Assembly (NCBI GenBank): GCA_043732305.1
Contig: JAYTHU010000170.1
Span: 43,757-107,756 of the forward strand
Direction of reading: 5' to 3'
DNA length: 64,000 bases
Source: Oligoflexia bacterium
GTDB lineage: Bacteria > Bdellovibrionota > Bdellovibrionia > JABDDW01
The position numbers and the translations under genes were made by a program. Numbering within the stretch: the stretch's first letter is position 1; each line of letters starts with the position of its first letter. This document shows, piece by piece, positions 39,346 to 52,108 of the stretch. The notes under the pieces were generated by a model. The model saw only the letters and a program-made list of their open reading frames with translations, made no database searches and was not told the DNA's origin.

Positions 39346-40166
39346 TGGGACTTTTTCTTAGCCTTTCTAAGCGTGAGGTTCTTAATTTTCATTTCAATAA
39401 TATCTTCATGGGCAACTTTACCTTTGCCACTTTCCAAAGAAGCAATAGCCATATCCCAATCTTTCAGTTCCTCATAAGCCAAAGCTTTATTAATGTAAAT
39501 CTCGTCAAGGTCTGAACGATCAGAAAACTTTTTCAAAATTTTATCGTAGAGCTGAATGGCTTCTTGATTTCGTTTGAGGCCAGAAAGTGATGTGGCTTTT
39601 AGTATCCATAACTCAAAATTAAGTGGGCTATCAGGATGTTTCTTTTCAAAATCTTCGACCTCTAAAATTGTCTGTTCGAAATTTCCAGAATAGAAATAGG
39701 CTCTGGCAACTCGCCCTCTGATCTCTGCATCTTCTTTATCAGAAGGCTCTGTTTCTAAAAGACGATTGTACTCAAGAACCGCTTGAGGATAATCACTCAG
39801 CTTTTCATAATATATTTCTGCAATTTGCTTTTGAGCGCTCACAACTTCTTTTTGATCTTTACCATGTCTTACAATTTGCTTAAAAAATCCAATCGCTTTT
39901 TTGAAATCTTGTGTTTGATAAAGACTAAGTTTCCCGCCGAGTCTGGCGGATTCTAATGCTACTGGAGAATCGGGAACGTAAGTAGTCACGCGCTCAAAAT
40001 TCTCGATCGCTGACTTATAGTCTTTGTTTTCTAGGGAGCTTTGAGCAGAATCGAAAAGTCGCTGCTCGAGGGATCGCTTGGGTTGAAAGACGAAAAACAG
40101 CCCCATCAGAACCGAAAAACTTAAGGCGATAAGCCAGAGGTTTTCTTTTCTAAGCGTGGCCAGCAT
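39342..40166 (-). CDS. Membrane-anchored TPR protein
   Basis: N-terminal TM helix, multiple TPRs (YKSAIENFERV..PDSP); overlaps the 3' end of gyrA. Confidence 0.75.
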   Translation of the reverse strand: MLATLRKENLWLIALSFSVLMGLFFVFQPKRSLEQRLFDSAQSSLENKDYKSAIENFERVTTYVPDSPVALESARLGGKLSLYQTQDFKKAIGFFKQIVRHGKDQKEVVSAQKQIAEIYYEKLSDYPQAVLEYNRLLETEPSDKEDAEIRGRVARAYFYSGNFEQTILEVEDFEKKHPDSPLNFELWILKATSLSGLKRNQEAIQLYDKILKKFSDRSDLDEIYINKALAYEELKDWDMAIASLESGKGKVAHEDIIEMKIKNLTLRKAKKKSQ

Positions 40167-42612
40167 CGCCTTCTTCGTCCGTTTCTTCAAGAACCGGCGC
40201 GAAGCTCACAACTTTTTCATCGCCTTCAACTTTAATCAAACGAACGCCCTGAGTGTTACGGCCCAACACAGAAATTCCTGAAACCGATATTCGGATAACT
40301 CGTCCACCATTGGTGATGAGCATTAGATCATCGTTATCAGCAACCATGCGGGTCCCAATGACGTTACCGACTTTGTCTGTAGTCTTTTGCGTGATGAGAC
40401 CTACGCCGCCACGGCTCTGACATCTGTATTCAGAAATATCTGTTCGCTTTCCATAACCATTGTTGGTGACGGCCAAAACATTGCCTTTGTTTTCTTTATT
40501 GAAAAGTTCCAACCCAACAACTGCATCATTTTTGGAAAGGCTAATCGCTTTGACTCCGCGAGCGGCACGTCCCATGGCTCGAACGTCGCCTTCGTCGAAA
40601 CGAATGGACATGCCTTCTGTGGTCGAAAGAAAAATATCTGATTTTCCATCTGAAAGTTTTGCATCAATGAGTTCGTCATCCATGTCAGTAGTAAGAGCAA
40701 TAATGCCCTTCGTATTGACGTTTGCGAATTGAGAAAGCTCTGTCTTTTTGATAATCCCTTTTTTGGTGACCATGACGACATACTTGCCACTGACAAATTC
40801 TTTAATAGGTAAAATAGCTTTGATGTTTTCGTTATTGCCAAGATTGAGAACGTTGGCAATCGATTTACCTTTTGCAGATCTGGATGCGAGAGGAAGCGAG
40901 TGCACTTTAACCAAATGCAATTTACCTTTATCGGACAAACATAAAAGAAGATCATGAGTGCTCGAAACAAATAAATTTGTGACGAAATCTTCCTCTTTTG
41001 TTTCTACACCACGAGCACCTTTGCCTCCACGTTTTTGACTTCGATACTCATCAATGGAGTTGCGTTTGATATAACCGGTGTGAGTGATTGTAACAACCAT
41101 GTCTTCGACTTCGATTAAATCTTCGTCACTAAGTTCTTCAGCTTCATTGATAATTTGTGATCGTCTGGGATCAGCATATTTTCTTTTTATTTCGGTAAGT
41201 TCGTCAGTGATCACTTTGAAGATCAAACTTTCATCGCCCAGGATTTCTTTAATCTTGGTGATAAAATCCATAACTTCTTTGAGCTCGCTAATAATTTTGT
41301 CTCGCTCAAGGCCAGTCAATCTTTGGAGACGCATTTCCAAAATGGCTTGTGTTTGCAGTTCAGAAAATTTGAACTGTGTTTGCAAACCTTCACGCGCCAC
41401 ATCGGCCGATTTTGATGCTCTGATAAGAGCAATCACAGCATCAATACTATCGATTGCTTTTTTAAGACCCTCTAGGATATGAGCACGAGCTTCCGCTTTT
41501 TTTAATTCAAAAATACTTCGACGAACAACAACTTCACGTCTGTGTTCAATGAAAGCATCGAGCATTCCTTTGAGAGTGAAAACACGCGGTTGACCATTAT
41601 CGAGCGCGAGCATTATAATTCCAAACGTAGATTCCATTTGTGAATGCTTGAACAGTCGATTGAGAACAACGTTGGCAGCATCGCCCTTTTTAATTTCGAT
41701 GAGGACGCGCATTCCTTCTCGCGAACTTTCATCGCGAATATCAGAAATTCCTTCAAGGCGTTTATCGCGCACTTGATCTGCGATGTTTTCAATGAGTTTG
41801 GCTTTGTTAACCATGTACGGAAGGGCAGTGACAATAATTTGTTCGCGATCACCTTTACGAGCTTCTATTTCGGCGGTTGCGCGCATGGTGATGACACCAC
41901 GGCCAGTAGTGTAAGCGGATTTAATTCCTTTGCGTCCGGCGATAAGCGCGCCTGTGGGAAAGTCTGGACCGGGAATAATTTTGAATAAATCTTCGCTCGT
42001 GATATTTGGATTTTTAATTACTGCTAAACAGCCATCGATAACTTCGCCCAAATTGTGTGGAGGAATATTTGTGGCCATACCCACGGCAATTCCAGAACTT
42101 CCATTCACTAAGAGAGTGGGAACTTTTGCGGGAAGTACATGTGGCACTTCAAGAGAGTCATCGTAGTTTGGTCCAAAATCAACCGTCTCTTTATCGATAT
42201 CATAGAGAAGTTCTTGAGCAAATTCGGTCATCCGAATTTCGGTATATCTCATCGCCGCAGCAGAATCTCCGTCGATAGAACCAAAGTTTCCTTGGCCATC
42301 GACCATTGGATAGCGCAGAGAAAAATCTTGGGCCATACGAACGATAGTGTCGTAGATAGCAGCATCACCGTGCGGGTGATACTTACCCATGACTTCCCCA
42401 ACAATACGTGCAGATTTTTTATAAGGTTTATTGTGAACGTTAGAGGCTTCCCACATTCCGAAAAGAACGCGGCGATGGACCGGTTTTAATCCGTCACGCA
42501 CGTCAGGAAGCGCCCGACCAACAATGACACTCATGGAGTATTGGAGATATGCGCTCTTGAGTTCCGTCTCGATATTGATCGGAATAATGCCTATTTCTTT
42601 TTTTTCTTCCAT
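40150..42612 (-). CDS. gyrA: DNA gyrase subunit A
   Basis: RALPDVRDGLKPV, HPHGD, AAMRYTE, GyrA box QKRGGKG. Confidence 0.99.
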   Translation of the reverse strand: MEEKKEIGIIPINIETELKSAYLQYSMSVIVGRALPDVRDGLKPVHRRVLFGMWEASNVHNKPYKKSARIVGEVMGKYHPHGDAAIYDTIVRMAQDFSLRYPMVDGQGNFGSIDGDSAAAMRYTEIRMTEFAQELLYDIDKETVDFGPNYDDSLEVPHVLPAKVPTLLVNGSSGIAVGMATNIPPHNLGEVIDGCLAVIKNPNITSEDLFKIIPGPDFPTGALIAGRKGIKSAYTTGRGVITMRATAEIEARKGDREQIIVTALPYMVNKAKLIENIADQVRDKRLEGISDIRDESSREGMRVLIEIKKGDAANVVLNRLFKHSQMESTFGIIMLALDNGQPRVFTLKGMLDAFIEHRREVVVRRSIFELKKAEARAHILEGLKKAIDSIDAVIALIRASKSADVAREGLQTQFKFSELQTQAILEMRLQRLTGLERDKIISELKEVMDFITKIKEILGDESLIFKVITDELTEIKRKYADPRRSQIINEAEELSDEDLIEVEDMVVTITHTGYIKRNSIDEYRSQKRGGKGARGVETKEEDFVTNLFVSSTHDLLLCLSDKGKLHLVKVHSLPLASRSAKGKSIANVLNLGNNENIKAILPIKEFVSGKYVVMVTKKGIIKKTELSQFANVNTKGIIALTTDMDDELIDAKLSDGKSDIFLSTTEGMSIRFDEGDVRAMGRAARGVKAISLSKNDAVVGLELFNKENKGNVLAVTNNGYGKRTDISEYRCQSRGGVGLITQKTTDKVGNVIGTRMVADNDDLMLITNGGRVIRISVSGISVLGRNTQGVRLIKVEGDEKVVSFAPVLEETDEEGDAGHA

Positions 42613-42625
42613 TTAAACCCTCGGA

Positions 42626-45076
<2,451 letters not shown>

Positions 45077-45101
45077 TTAATTTTTAGCTTACGCTTTTGC
45101 T

Positions 45102-46220
45102 CTAAGCTTTTAAGGCTTTTCCATTTTCAACGTTGAAAATTTCAGCGCCACCTAGCGCGTCATGTTCCGTTGCTGTTAAAAATGTTTGTGCTTCGTTTTT
45201 GTTTAAAAAATTGACGAGATATTTGCGCTTGTTCTTATCGAATTCGCTCAAGACATCGTCCAATAACAAAATCGGATAAGCTCCTAAAGTATTCCTATGA
45301 TACACGATCTCACTTATTTTGAAAGCCAAAATGACAGCACGTTGTTGACCCTGAGAACAGTAGTTGCGTGCCTCATGGCCAGAAAAAATAAATGAAATCT
45401 CATGAAGATGAGGTCCTGACATAGAGCGTCCAATCTTCTCCTCCACTAATTTTTTCTCTGAACAGAGTAATTCATGTTCTAGTCTCTCTTTGATTCCAGC
45501 CCACGAAACTCTTTCCCATGGCTGATTTCGGCTAAAATTCCGTATGGTGATATCAGCATCCTGTCCTAAAATATCGCTAAGTGTCACTTTGAGAGGCTCG
45601 CGTATTTCTTGAATCAGTTTCTGTCTTAAAAAAAGTAGATCTGCACTGGAATTGACAAATTGCGCATGGAGACTTTCTACCAAGTCGCGACCCTTTTTAA
45701 GATCGATTTCCTGATTTTTGATCTGGCGCAGCCAAGCGTTTCTCTGTTTTAAAATTTTGAGATAATGCCTTTGAGTTTTAGCAGCTTCTTCAAAAACCAG
45801 AGCGGCGGCATCGTCGATTAAATCTCGACGTTCTTCGGGCCCGCCCTTAATCACGGACAAACTTTCTGGGCTAAAAACCACAGACTTCATTTTCCCGAAA
45901 TATTTGTCACGGGTGACAATTTTTTGATCCAAAATTATTTTCTTTTGATCAAGACCAAACCTAATTTTCACTTCATTTCGTTTTTGGGGACTTGTGGAAA
46001 AGCCTGCTTCAATTTGTGTTTCGCTTTTACCCATACTTACAATCTCTGCAAGATTTTTTGTGCGAAAACTTTTTAGCTGGCAAAGAAAATAAATGCTTTC
46101 TAGCAAACTTGTTTTTCCTTGAGCATTGTCCCCCAAGAAAAGATTTAGATGAGGCCCGGGTACAATTTCTGAATTTTCAATATTCCTAAAATTTCGCGCT
46201 TTCAGTAAATCGATTCGCAA
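45102..46220 (-). CDS. recF: DNA replication/repair protein RecF
   Basis: GDNAQGKTS, SQGQQR, LLLDDVLSE. Confidence 0.96.
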   Translation of the reverse strand: MRIDLLKARNFRNIENSEIVPGPHLNLFLGDNAQGKTSLLESIYFLCQLKSFRTKNLAEIVSMGKSETQIEAGFSTSPQKRNEVKIRFGLDQKKIILDQKIVTRDKYFGKMKSVVFSPESLSVIKGGPEERRDLIDDAAALVFEEAAKTQRHYLKILKQRNAWLRQIKNQEIDLKKGRDLVESLHAQFVNSSADLLFLRQKLIQEIREPLKVTLSDILGQDADITIRNFSRNQPWERVSWAGIKERLEHELLCSEKKLVEEKIGRSMSGPHLHEISFIFSGHEARNYCSQGQQRAVILAFKISEIVYHRNTLGAYPILLLDDVLSEFDKNKRKYLVNFLNKNEAQTFLTATEHDALGGAEIFNVENGKALKA

Positions 46221-46224
46221 TTTT

Positions 46225-47346
46225 TTAGATTCTCATTGGCATAACCACGCAGGTGTAAGAGGGATCTGCGGCTGGTCTCACAATGCCAGGAGAGAGCTGG
46301 TCATTGAGATGAATGTCAATTTCTTCGTCTTTTATATTATTCAAAATGTCCATGAGATACTTAGCGTTGAAACCAATTTTGATGGCTTCACCGTCGTAAC
46401 GAACTTCTAGTTCCTCTTTCGCATCTCCTATGTCTGGATTATTGGAATAAATTTCCATAGCATTTTTATTTATCGAAAGTGTGATGCCTTTGCTTTTTTG
46501 ATTTGAAAGTAAAGACACGCGTCTTAAACAAGAAAGAAGATTTTCTTTTGAAACGGAAACTTTCTTTTGCATTTTTGCAGGAATCAATTGTTGATAGTTA
46601 GGATATTTTCCGTCGATCAACCGAATAAATAAAACCGTATTTTCTTTTTTTACTACCAAGTGCGAACCTTCGAAGCCCATTTCTAAAGTCCCACCTTCAG
46701 AGGCTTCAAGTAATTTTCGAAGTTCGTGCAAACCTTTTTTGGGGATAATAACTCCGCCTTCTTTTTTGGCGAGCAAAGGAATTTCGATTTTCTTATCTAT
46801 CAAACTTAAGCGATGGCCATCGGTTGCAACCATTCTAAATTTCGTCTCGTTTTCTTGAGACGATCTTTCAAAGTAGACTCCGTTAAGATGGTATCGGGTC
46901 TCATCATTGCTCACACTGTAGATTGTTTTCTCAATCATTTCTTGGATCACCTGGCATTGAATGCGGGTGAACTCTTTGACATCAATCTCTGGAAATGCGG
47001 GGAATTCCTCTGCCGCTGCTCCGACCAGATTGAATAGCGCCTTCTTACTTCGGATCTCCAACCAGTTATTGGCTTTCTTAAAAACCTGAACAGGCTCATC
47101 AGCCAATTCCTTAACAAGGTCAAAAACATTTTTAGCACTCACTGCTACTCGACCTTCAATTTCAACTTGGGCTGGACATTCGTCCTTAACACTCACTTCA
47201 AGGTCAGTTGCATAAATAACTAATTTTTGACCCTCTGCGACTAAAAGAGCATTTGTCAAAATCTGCATCGTGCTTCTTTTTTCAATAATATTTAGGGTCT
47301 TTTGTAAGAGTCTTAAAAAATCATTCTTTTCGACTTTGAATTTCAT
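46225..47346 (-). CDS. dnaN: DNA polymerase III beta clamp
   Basis: ATDLE, ATDGHRL, RLIDGKYP, VVMPMRI. Confidence 0.98.
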   Translation of the reverse strand: MKFKVEKNDFLRLLQKTLNIIEKRSTMQILTNALLVAEGQKLVIYATDLEVSVKDECPAQVEIEGRVAVSAKNVFDLVKELADEPVQVFKKANNWLEIRSKKALFNLVGAAAEEFPAFPEIDVKEFTRIQCQVIQEMIEKTIYSVSNDETRYHLNGVYFERSSQENETKFRMVATDGHRLSLIDKKIEIPLLAKKEGGVIIPKKGLHELRKLLEASEGGTLEMGFEGSHLVVKKENTVLFIRLIDGKYPNYQQLIPAKMQKKVSVSKENLLSCLRRVSLLSNQKSKGITLSINKNAMEIYSNNPDIGDAKEELEVRYDGEAIKIGFNAKYLMDILNNIKDEEIDIHLNDQLSPGIVRPAADPSYTCVVMPMRI

Positions 47347-47349
47347 GCT

Positions 47350-47563
47350 TATCTTCTTTCTTACTTAATTATAAAACTGATAGTTGTAGTAGGCGTGTGG
47401 ATATGTCAAATACTTCATAACTTATTAATTTTTCAAACGATTGAGCCGAAATGACCTCTTTAAAACTTTGTTGGTAAATCCCGAATTTTGGGAACAACCC
47501 CGATTTAAAACAATCCACAAAAACAATCCACATAGTTTTCCACATTTCAGGCACTTATCCACT
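47350..47563. other. Chromosomal replication origin oriC
   Basis: DnaA boxes CAATCCACA (47511, 47524), TTTTCCACA (47536), TTATCCACT (47555) and ATATCCACA (minus, 47396-47404), next to TAG trios (47381-47392) and an AT-rich tract. Confidence 0.9.
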
Positions 47564-48947
47564 CTGAGTTGTTGATTCTTTTCTCTAACATAGCGACATC
47601 TCTAGCGAAATCCTCATTTATTAACAGTGACTCTTTGACCTTTGTTAACGAATGCAAAACCGTCGTGTGATCTCTCCCGCCAAACGCGCGACCAATTTCA
47701 GCCACACCAAGGTCTAGGACATTTCGGCACAAATACATCGCGACCTGCCGAGGAATAACAATTGTTTTCACTCTTGTTGCCGATTTCAAGTCTTTGATTG
47801 AAACAGAAAATTTTTCACAAACCATTCGTTGGATGTCTTCAACGCACAGACCCTTTTTCTGAGTGTCCAAGAATTTAGAGAAAACGGCTTGGGCAAACTC
47901 ATATGTGATTGGAGAACTCTGAAGTTCACTGTACATTCTTAATGTAGCCAAATGACCTTCGAGTTCGCGCACGCTCTTTCTAGATATTTGAGCGATAAGA
48001 TAAATGACATTGTCTGGAAGTGCCAAACCATGACCTTCAGCTTTGTAACGAAGGATAGCCATCCGAGTTTCGATGTCTGGCGGCTGGATATCCACGGTTA
48101 GTCCCCACTCCAATCGAGTGCGTATTCGTTCTTCTAGGCCGTCGATATCTCTTGGATACTTGTCGCTAGAGACGACTACTTGCTTATTCATCTCGTGAAA
48201 AGTGTTGAAGGTGTAGAAGAACTCTTCCTGGACCGCATCTTTATTGGCTAAAATATGAATATCATCAATAATGAGAAGATCGCATTGTTCGCGGTAACGC
48301 TTTCTAAATTTTTCCATTTGTCCATGCCGGATACTGCCGACGAAGTCATTTAAAAATCTTTCGCCAGACACATAGCAAATTCTCAAGTGCGGGCGGTGGG
48401 CGCGAACTTCATTTCCAATCGCATTGAGCAAATGAGTTTTTCCCAGTCCAGAGGGCCCGTAGACAAAAAGCGGGTTCGCCGCCTTTCCCGGATTTTCCGA
48501 AACGCTGTGACAGGCGGCATGTGCCACTTGATTTCCTTGGCCCACTACAAAAGATCCAAAAGTATACTCTGGGTTTAAAAAGTCACGTTTGAGTCTGGGA
48601 TCGCTACCGTCGACGCGTCTGTTAGACGTTGTGCTGGTCTGGGGAGCGGGATCAAATAAAAGCTCATCGTTAATCGAGTTTGCAGCGACCGGACTGTTAA
48701 CAATCACAATTTCGATTTGAAACGGTGAAGGAATTTGAGAAGCAATCGCGGTTTCGAGCTCGGGCAAGAAATTAGAGTTAATAGACTCTTTATACATTGG
48801 GCCGGGCACACCGATTTTTAGAATTTTTCCTTGTGGAGAATCCTCCACACCCTCGAAGGATGTGGGTTCCAGCCATGTGGAAAACAATCGTTCCCCAACG
48901 TTATCTTTAAGAGTCGCAAGTATTTTGTTCCATGAGAAATCAGGCAT
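47547..48947 (-). CDS. dnaA: Chromosomal replication initiator DnaA
   Basis: NPLFVYGPSGLGKTHL, LIIDDI, RELEG, FGGRDHTTVLH. Confidence 0.99.
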   Translation of the reverse strand: MPDFSWNKILATLKDNVGERLFSTWLEPTSFEGVEDSPQGKILKIGVPGPMYKESINSNFLPELETAIASQIPSPFQIEIVIVNSPVAANSINDELLFDPAPQTSTTSNRRVDGSDPRLKRDFLNPEYTFGSFVVGQGNQVAHAACHSVSENPGKAANPLFVYGPSGLGKTHLLNAIGNEVRAHRPHLRICYVSGERFLNDFVGSIRHGQMEKFRKRYREQCDLLIIDDIHILANKDAVQEEFFYTFNTFHEMNKQVVVSSDKYPRDIDGLEERIRTRLEWGLTVDIQPPDIETRMAILRYKAEGHGLALPDNVIYLIAQISRKSVRELEGHLATLRMYSELQSSPITYEFAQAVFSKFLDTQKKGLCVEDIQRMVCEKFSVSIKDLKSATRVKTIVIPRQVAMYLCRNVLDLGVAEIGRAFGGRDHTTVLHSLTKVKESLLINEDFARDVAMLEKRINNSEWISA

Positions 48948-49003
48948 AAATCCCCTTTTATTCTAAAGAACAGTTAGCAGAGATAGTAAAAACTTTCAAT
49001 AGC

Positions 49004-49033
49004 TTGACAAAGGTACCGAATTATTGTTTTACT
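49004..49033 (+). promoter_or_regulatory. Sigma70-type promoter of the rpmH operon
   Basis: TTGACA-N18-TTTACT with an upstream TG (extended -10). Confidence 0.45.
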
Positions 49034-49110
49034 GCGCCTCTAATTCGATCGTTATTGACGTTATTTTTCGAGTCGTACCTTATTCAGTGGTTTAGACAGA
49101 GGTTTTATAG

Positions 49111-49260
49111 ATGAAACGCACATATCAGCCCAGTCGTCGCAAAAGACTAAGAACACATGGATTCCTTATGAGAATGGCTACTAAAAACGGCCGTGCCGTC
49201 ATAAGTCGTCGTCGAGCCAAGGGTCGCAAACGCCTTGCACCGACCAACAGTTCCAAATAA
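49111..49260 (+). CDS. rpmH: 50S ribosomal protein L34 (absent from the ORF track)
   Basis: Manual translation [55 protein letters not shown]. Confidence 0.97.
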   Translation: MKRTYQPSRRKRLRTHGFLMRMATKNGRAVISRRRAKGRKRLAPTNSSK

Positions 49261-49597
49261 TAAGACAAAACTTAAAAAAAGAAGTGAATTCCTGAGGACT
49301 TACAATGGGAAGTCGCTTCGGCGTGAGTTTTTCACGCTCTATTCTATTCAAAACGATTTAGTTGCCAATCGGTTTGGAGTGACGGTTCCAAAAACAGTGG
49401 GAATCGCTGTTGTAAGAAATAGATATAAGAGATGGGCGCGGGAAGTTTTTCTGGGGCATAAAGATTTAGAAAATGGTTTGGATATTCACGTCTTTGTTGG
49501 TTCTAAAAGAAAAACGAAGAGTGATTTCAAAAAGCTTTCGCACCAAGAGTTTAAAAAAGAAGTGGAACAAGCGATTGATCAAATTTGTAGAAAATAA
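49235..49597 (+). CDS. rnpA: Ribonuclease P protein component
   Basis: [28 protein letters not shown]; start uncertain. Confidence 0.92.
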   Translation: MHRPTVPNNKTKLKKRSEFLRTYNGKSLRREFFTLYSIQNDLVANRFGVTVPKTVGIAVVRNRYKRWAREVFLGHKDLENGLDIHVFVGSKRKTKSDFKKLSHQEFKKEVEQAIDQICRK

Positions 49598-49817
49598 GCT
49601 TACAAGAGTATCCATTCTGTTCGTTCGAGTTTATCAAGGTACGTTTGCTTTGTTTTTAGGCGGAAACTGTCGTTTCTCTCCTTCTTGCTCTGAATATGCA
49701 AAAGAATCATTTGAAAAGTTTGGTTTCTTAAAAGGTCTTCAATTGACTACTTTGCGACTAAGCAAGTGTCATCCCCTGGGTAGTCATGGTTATGATCCCG
49801 TTGAGAAAGGTGAATAG
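49575..49817 (+). CDS. yidD: Membrane protein insertion efficiency factor
   Basis: YQ...CRFSPSCSEYA...RLSKCHP...GYDPV; TTG start inferred. Confidence 0.92.
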   Translation: MIKFVENKLTRVSILFVRVYQGTFALFLGGNCRFSPSCSEYAKESFEKFGFLKGLQLTTLRLSKCHPLGSHGYDPVEKGE

Positions 49818-49819
49818 TA

Positions 49820-51475
49820 ATGGAACAAAAAAATCCTTTTGATTCAAGAACGCTCATAGCCCTCGCCGTTTGTTTGGCAATGTGGTTTGGCTATCAGAAG
49901 TATCTCGAGACGAAATATCCCGACATGATGAAGCAAACGGCGCAGCAGGCGAGCAACACAAACAAGCCGGAAGCTGCCATCGCATCTAAAGACGGTAATT
50001 CCCCTTTACTGCCGCTGGGAAAAGAAACAGACGCTTTTCGGATGAAAAAATCCCAAGTGACTGAAACGGAAAAAACCTGGGTTTTTGAAAATGATCTTTG
50101 GAAAGTCTTGGTTTCAAACCACGGCGGAAAAATTCGAGAAGTTGAGCTTAAGAGATACTCATCTAGAAAATCAAAAGCTGAGTTGATTTTAATTGGCCAT
50201 GAAGACAAGGGACTTTTAAACATATCCACCGATGGAAAAACGGCTCGTGATTTTGGCCAAGTTAATTTCCACATGGAAAGCCCTACTGCTGACAAGCTTA
50301 TCTTAACTGGCGAGCTGGGCGGACAATCCCTCAGAAAAACTCTCACGTTCCTGCCTGATAAATATACGGTCAATGTGAAGGTTGAAATTTCTGGTCAGGG
50401 CGCGCCACTTAAAACAATAATCGTCGAAAATGGATTAGAAGTTCCTAAGCAGGAAGAGTCTTCGGCAACTTCTTTTCTTTCTTTCGGACCAGCAGCAAAT
50501 TCCAATTATCAGGAGTTCTTTTTCTATCATAAAAATAAAAAAGAACGGGACGTGATAACTTACAAGGAAACGCCGGCTAAAACTATTGATCAAGTGCAAT
50601 TGGCAGCCCTTGGTAGTCGCTATTTTACAACCCTATTCATCAACAAAAGTAATGTTTTGCCTACTGCTCTGACGAGTAAAGTGGATGGTAATTCGATTTT
50701 AAAAATTAGTTATCCCGTGCTTGATGAAAGTGATTCTCAAAGACTCGATTTCGACATGTATATGGGACCTAAATCACTTTCTCTGCTTGAGAGTGTAGAT
50801 CCATCTTTGAATGTTGTTGTAGATTACGGAATGTTTTCGATTATCGCGGTTCCGCTTCTGGGCGTGATGAAATGGTTCTACGGAATGGTAGGAAATTATG
50901 GTTTAGCCATCATTTTGCTTACTTTATTGGTCAGATCTCTTACTTTTCCGTTTACTTATCTCTCGTATAAATCAATGAAGGCGATGCAGACTATTCAACC
51001 TAAAGTCGCGGCACTCAAAGAACAGTACAAAGGAAACACTCAGGCATTCAATGTTGAAGTTATGAAACTTTATAAAGAGAATAAAGTTAATCCAATGGGC
51101 GGTTGTCTCCCCATGCTTCTTCAGCTGCCAATTTTTTGGGCTCTCTATCAAGTCCTTCAAAACTCCATTGAGCTTTACAAGGCGCCATTTTTTGGTTGGA
51201 TTCTCGATCTCAGTCAAAAAGATCCGTATTATGTTTTGCCCGTACTAATGGGCATTTCTATGTTTGCTCAACAAAAACTTACTCCTTCAACTATGGATCC
51301 CGCTCAAGCAAAAATGATGGCATTCATGCCCATCTTTTTCTCGTTCTTGATGTTTGGATTACCAAGTGGACTTACTCTCTATATTTTTGTGAGTACCGTC
51401 TTTGGAATTATTCAGCAATTATTCATAATGAAAGATAAAAAACCTCGCGCAACACAGGCGCTTACAACCTCTTAA
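49820..51475 (+). CDS. yidC: Membrane protein insertase
   Basis: GNYGLAIILLT, NPMGGCLPMLLQLP, DPYYVLP, PSGLTLY. Confidence 0.97.
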   Translation: MEQKNPFDSRTLIALAVCLAMWFGYQKYLETKYPDMMKQTAQQASNTNKPEAAIASKDGNSPLLPLGKETDAFRMKKSQVTETEKTWVFENDLWKVLVSNHGGKIREVELKRYSSRKSKAELILIGHEDKGLLNISTDGKTARDFGQVNFHMESPTADKLILTGELGGQSLRKTLTFLPDKYTVNVKVEISGQGAPLKTIIVENGLEVPKQEESSATSFLSFGPAANSNYQEFFFYHKNKKERDVITYKETPAKTIDQVQLAALGSRYFTTLFINKSNVLPTALTSKVDGNSILKISYPVLDESDSQRLDFDMYMGPKSLSLLESVDPSLNVVVDYGMFSIIAVPLLGVMKWFYGMVGNYGLAIILLTLLVRSLTFPFTYLSYKSMKAMQTIQPKVAALKEQYKGNTQAFNVEVMKLYKENKVNPMGGCLPMLLQLPIFWALYQVLQNSIELYKAPFFGWILDLSQKDPYYVLPVLMGISMFAQQKLTPSTMDPAQAKMMAFMPIFFSFLMFGLPSGLTLYIFVSTVFGIIQQLFIMKDKKPRATQALTTS

Positions 51476-51481
51476 AAGGAG

Positions 51482-52096
51482 ATGCCCATGGCAAACTTTT
51501 TCTCTAGGCTCTTTGGTAAAAAATCCGATTCCGGTATGGAATCAATCATGTCCGAAGTTGTGGAAGGCGTTATCAAACACGGCAATTTCAACTTGGATTA
51601 CACTGTTTCATCTAATGCAGAAGCCATCACGATTAATTTCACCGGTGATGACGGACATCTTTTAACAGACAAAGACGCAATGGTTTTAGACGGCATGCAG
51701 ACATTCCTAAAACGATTTATCCAAAATAAATATCCAGATAAAAATCTCGAGGTGATTGTTGATTGCGATGGATATCTCGAAGCTTCCGCTCAAGATCTGA
51801 GAGATCTAGCCGATAAATTGAAGATCAATGTTTTGGAGCGTGGCCAAGCATCCTATGTGCGCGCGCTTCCTCCTCGCGATCGCAAAACTGTGCACCGTCA
51901 TTTGGCTCTTGATGAAAGAGTTAAATCCCAAAGCATTGGCGAAGGTTTCTGTAAGAAAATAAAAATTTCTATCGCTGGCCAAAAGCGTGCAGATAATCGA
52001 GGGGAAACTCGCGGTGACAATCGCTCGGAAAACCGAAACGACAACCGAGATAATCGCGGAAATAGACCTGTTGCTGACGAGACCCAAGGGGCATAA
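51482..52096 (+). CDS. jag: Jag/KhpB-like KH-R3H RNA-binding protein
   Basis: R3H motif DRKTVH, SQSIGEG; located between yidC and mnmE. Confidence 0.8.
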   Translation: MPMANFFSRLFGKKSDSGMESIMSEVVEGVIKHGNFNLDYTVSSNAEAITINFTGDDGHLLTDKDAMVLDGMQTFLKRFIQNKYPDKNLEVIVDCDGYLEASAQDLRDLADKLKINVLERGQASYVRALPPRDRKTVHRHLALDERVKSQSIGEGFCKKIKISIAGQKRADNRGETRGDNRSENRNDNRDNRGNRPVADETQGA

Positions 52097-52108
52097 GAGT
52101 ATCGTCGC

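Noticed and set aside
49473..49574. N-terminal extension of yidD in the ORF track
   Set aside because: Deep overlap with rnpA; YidD similarity starts later
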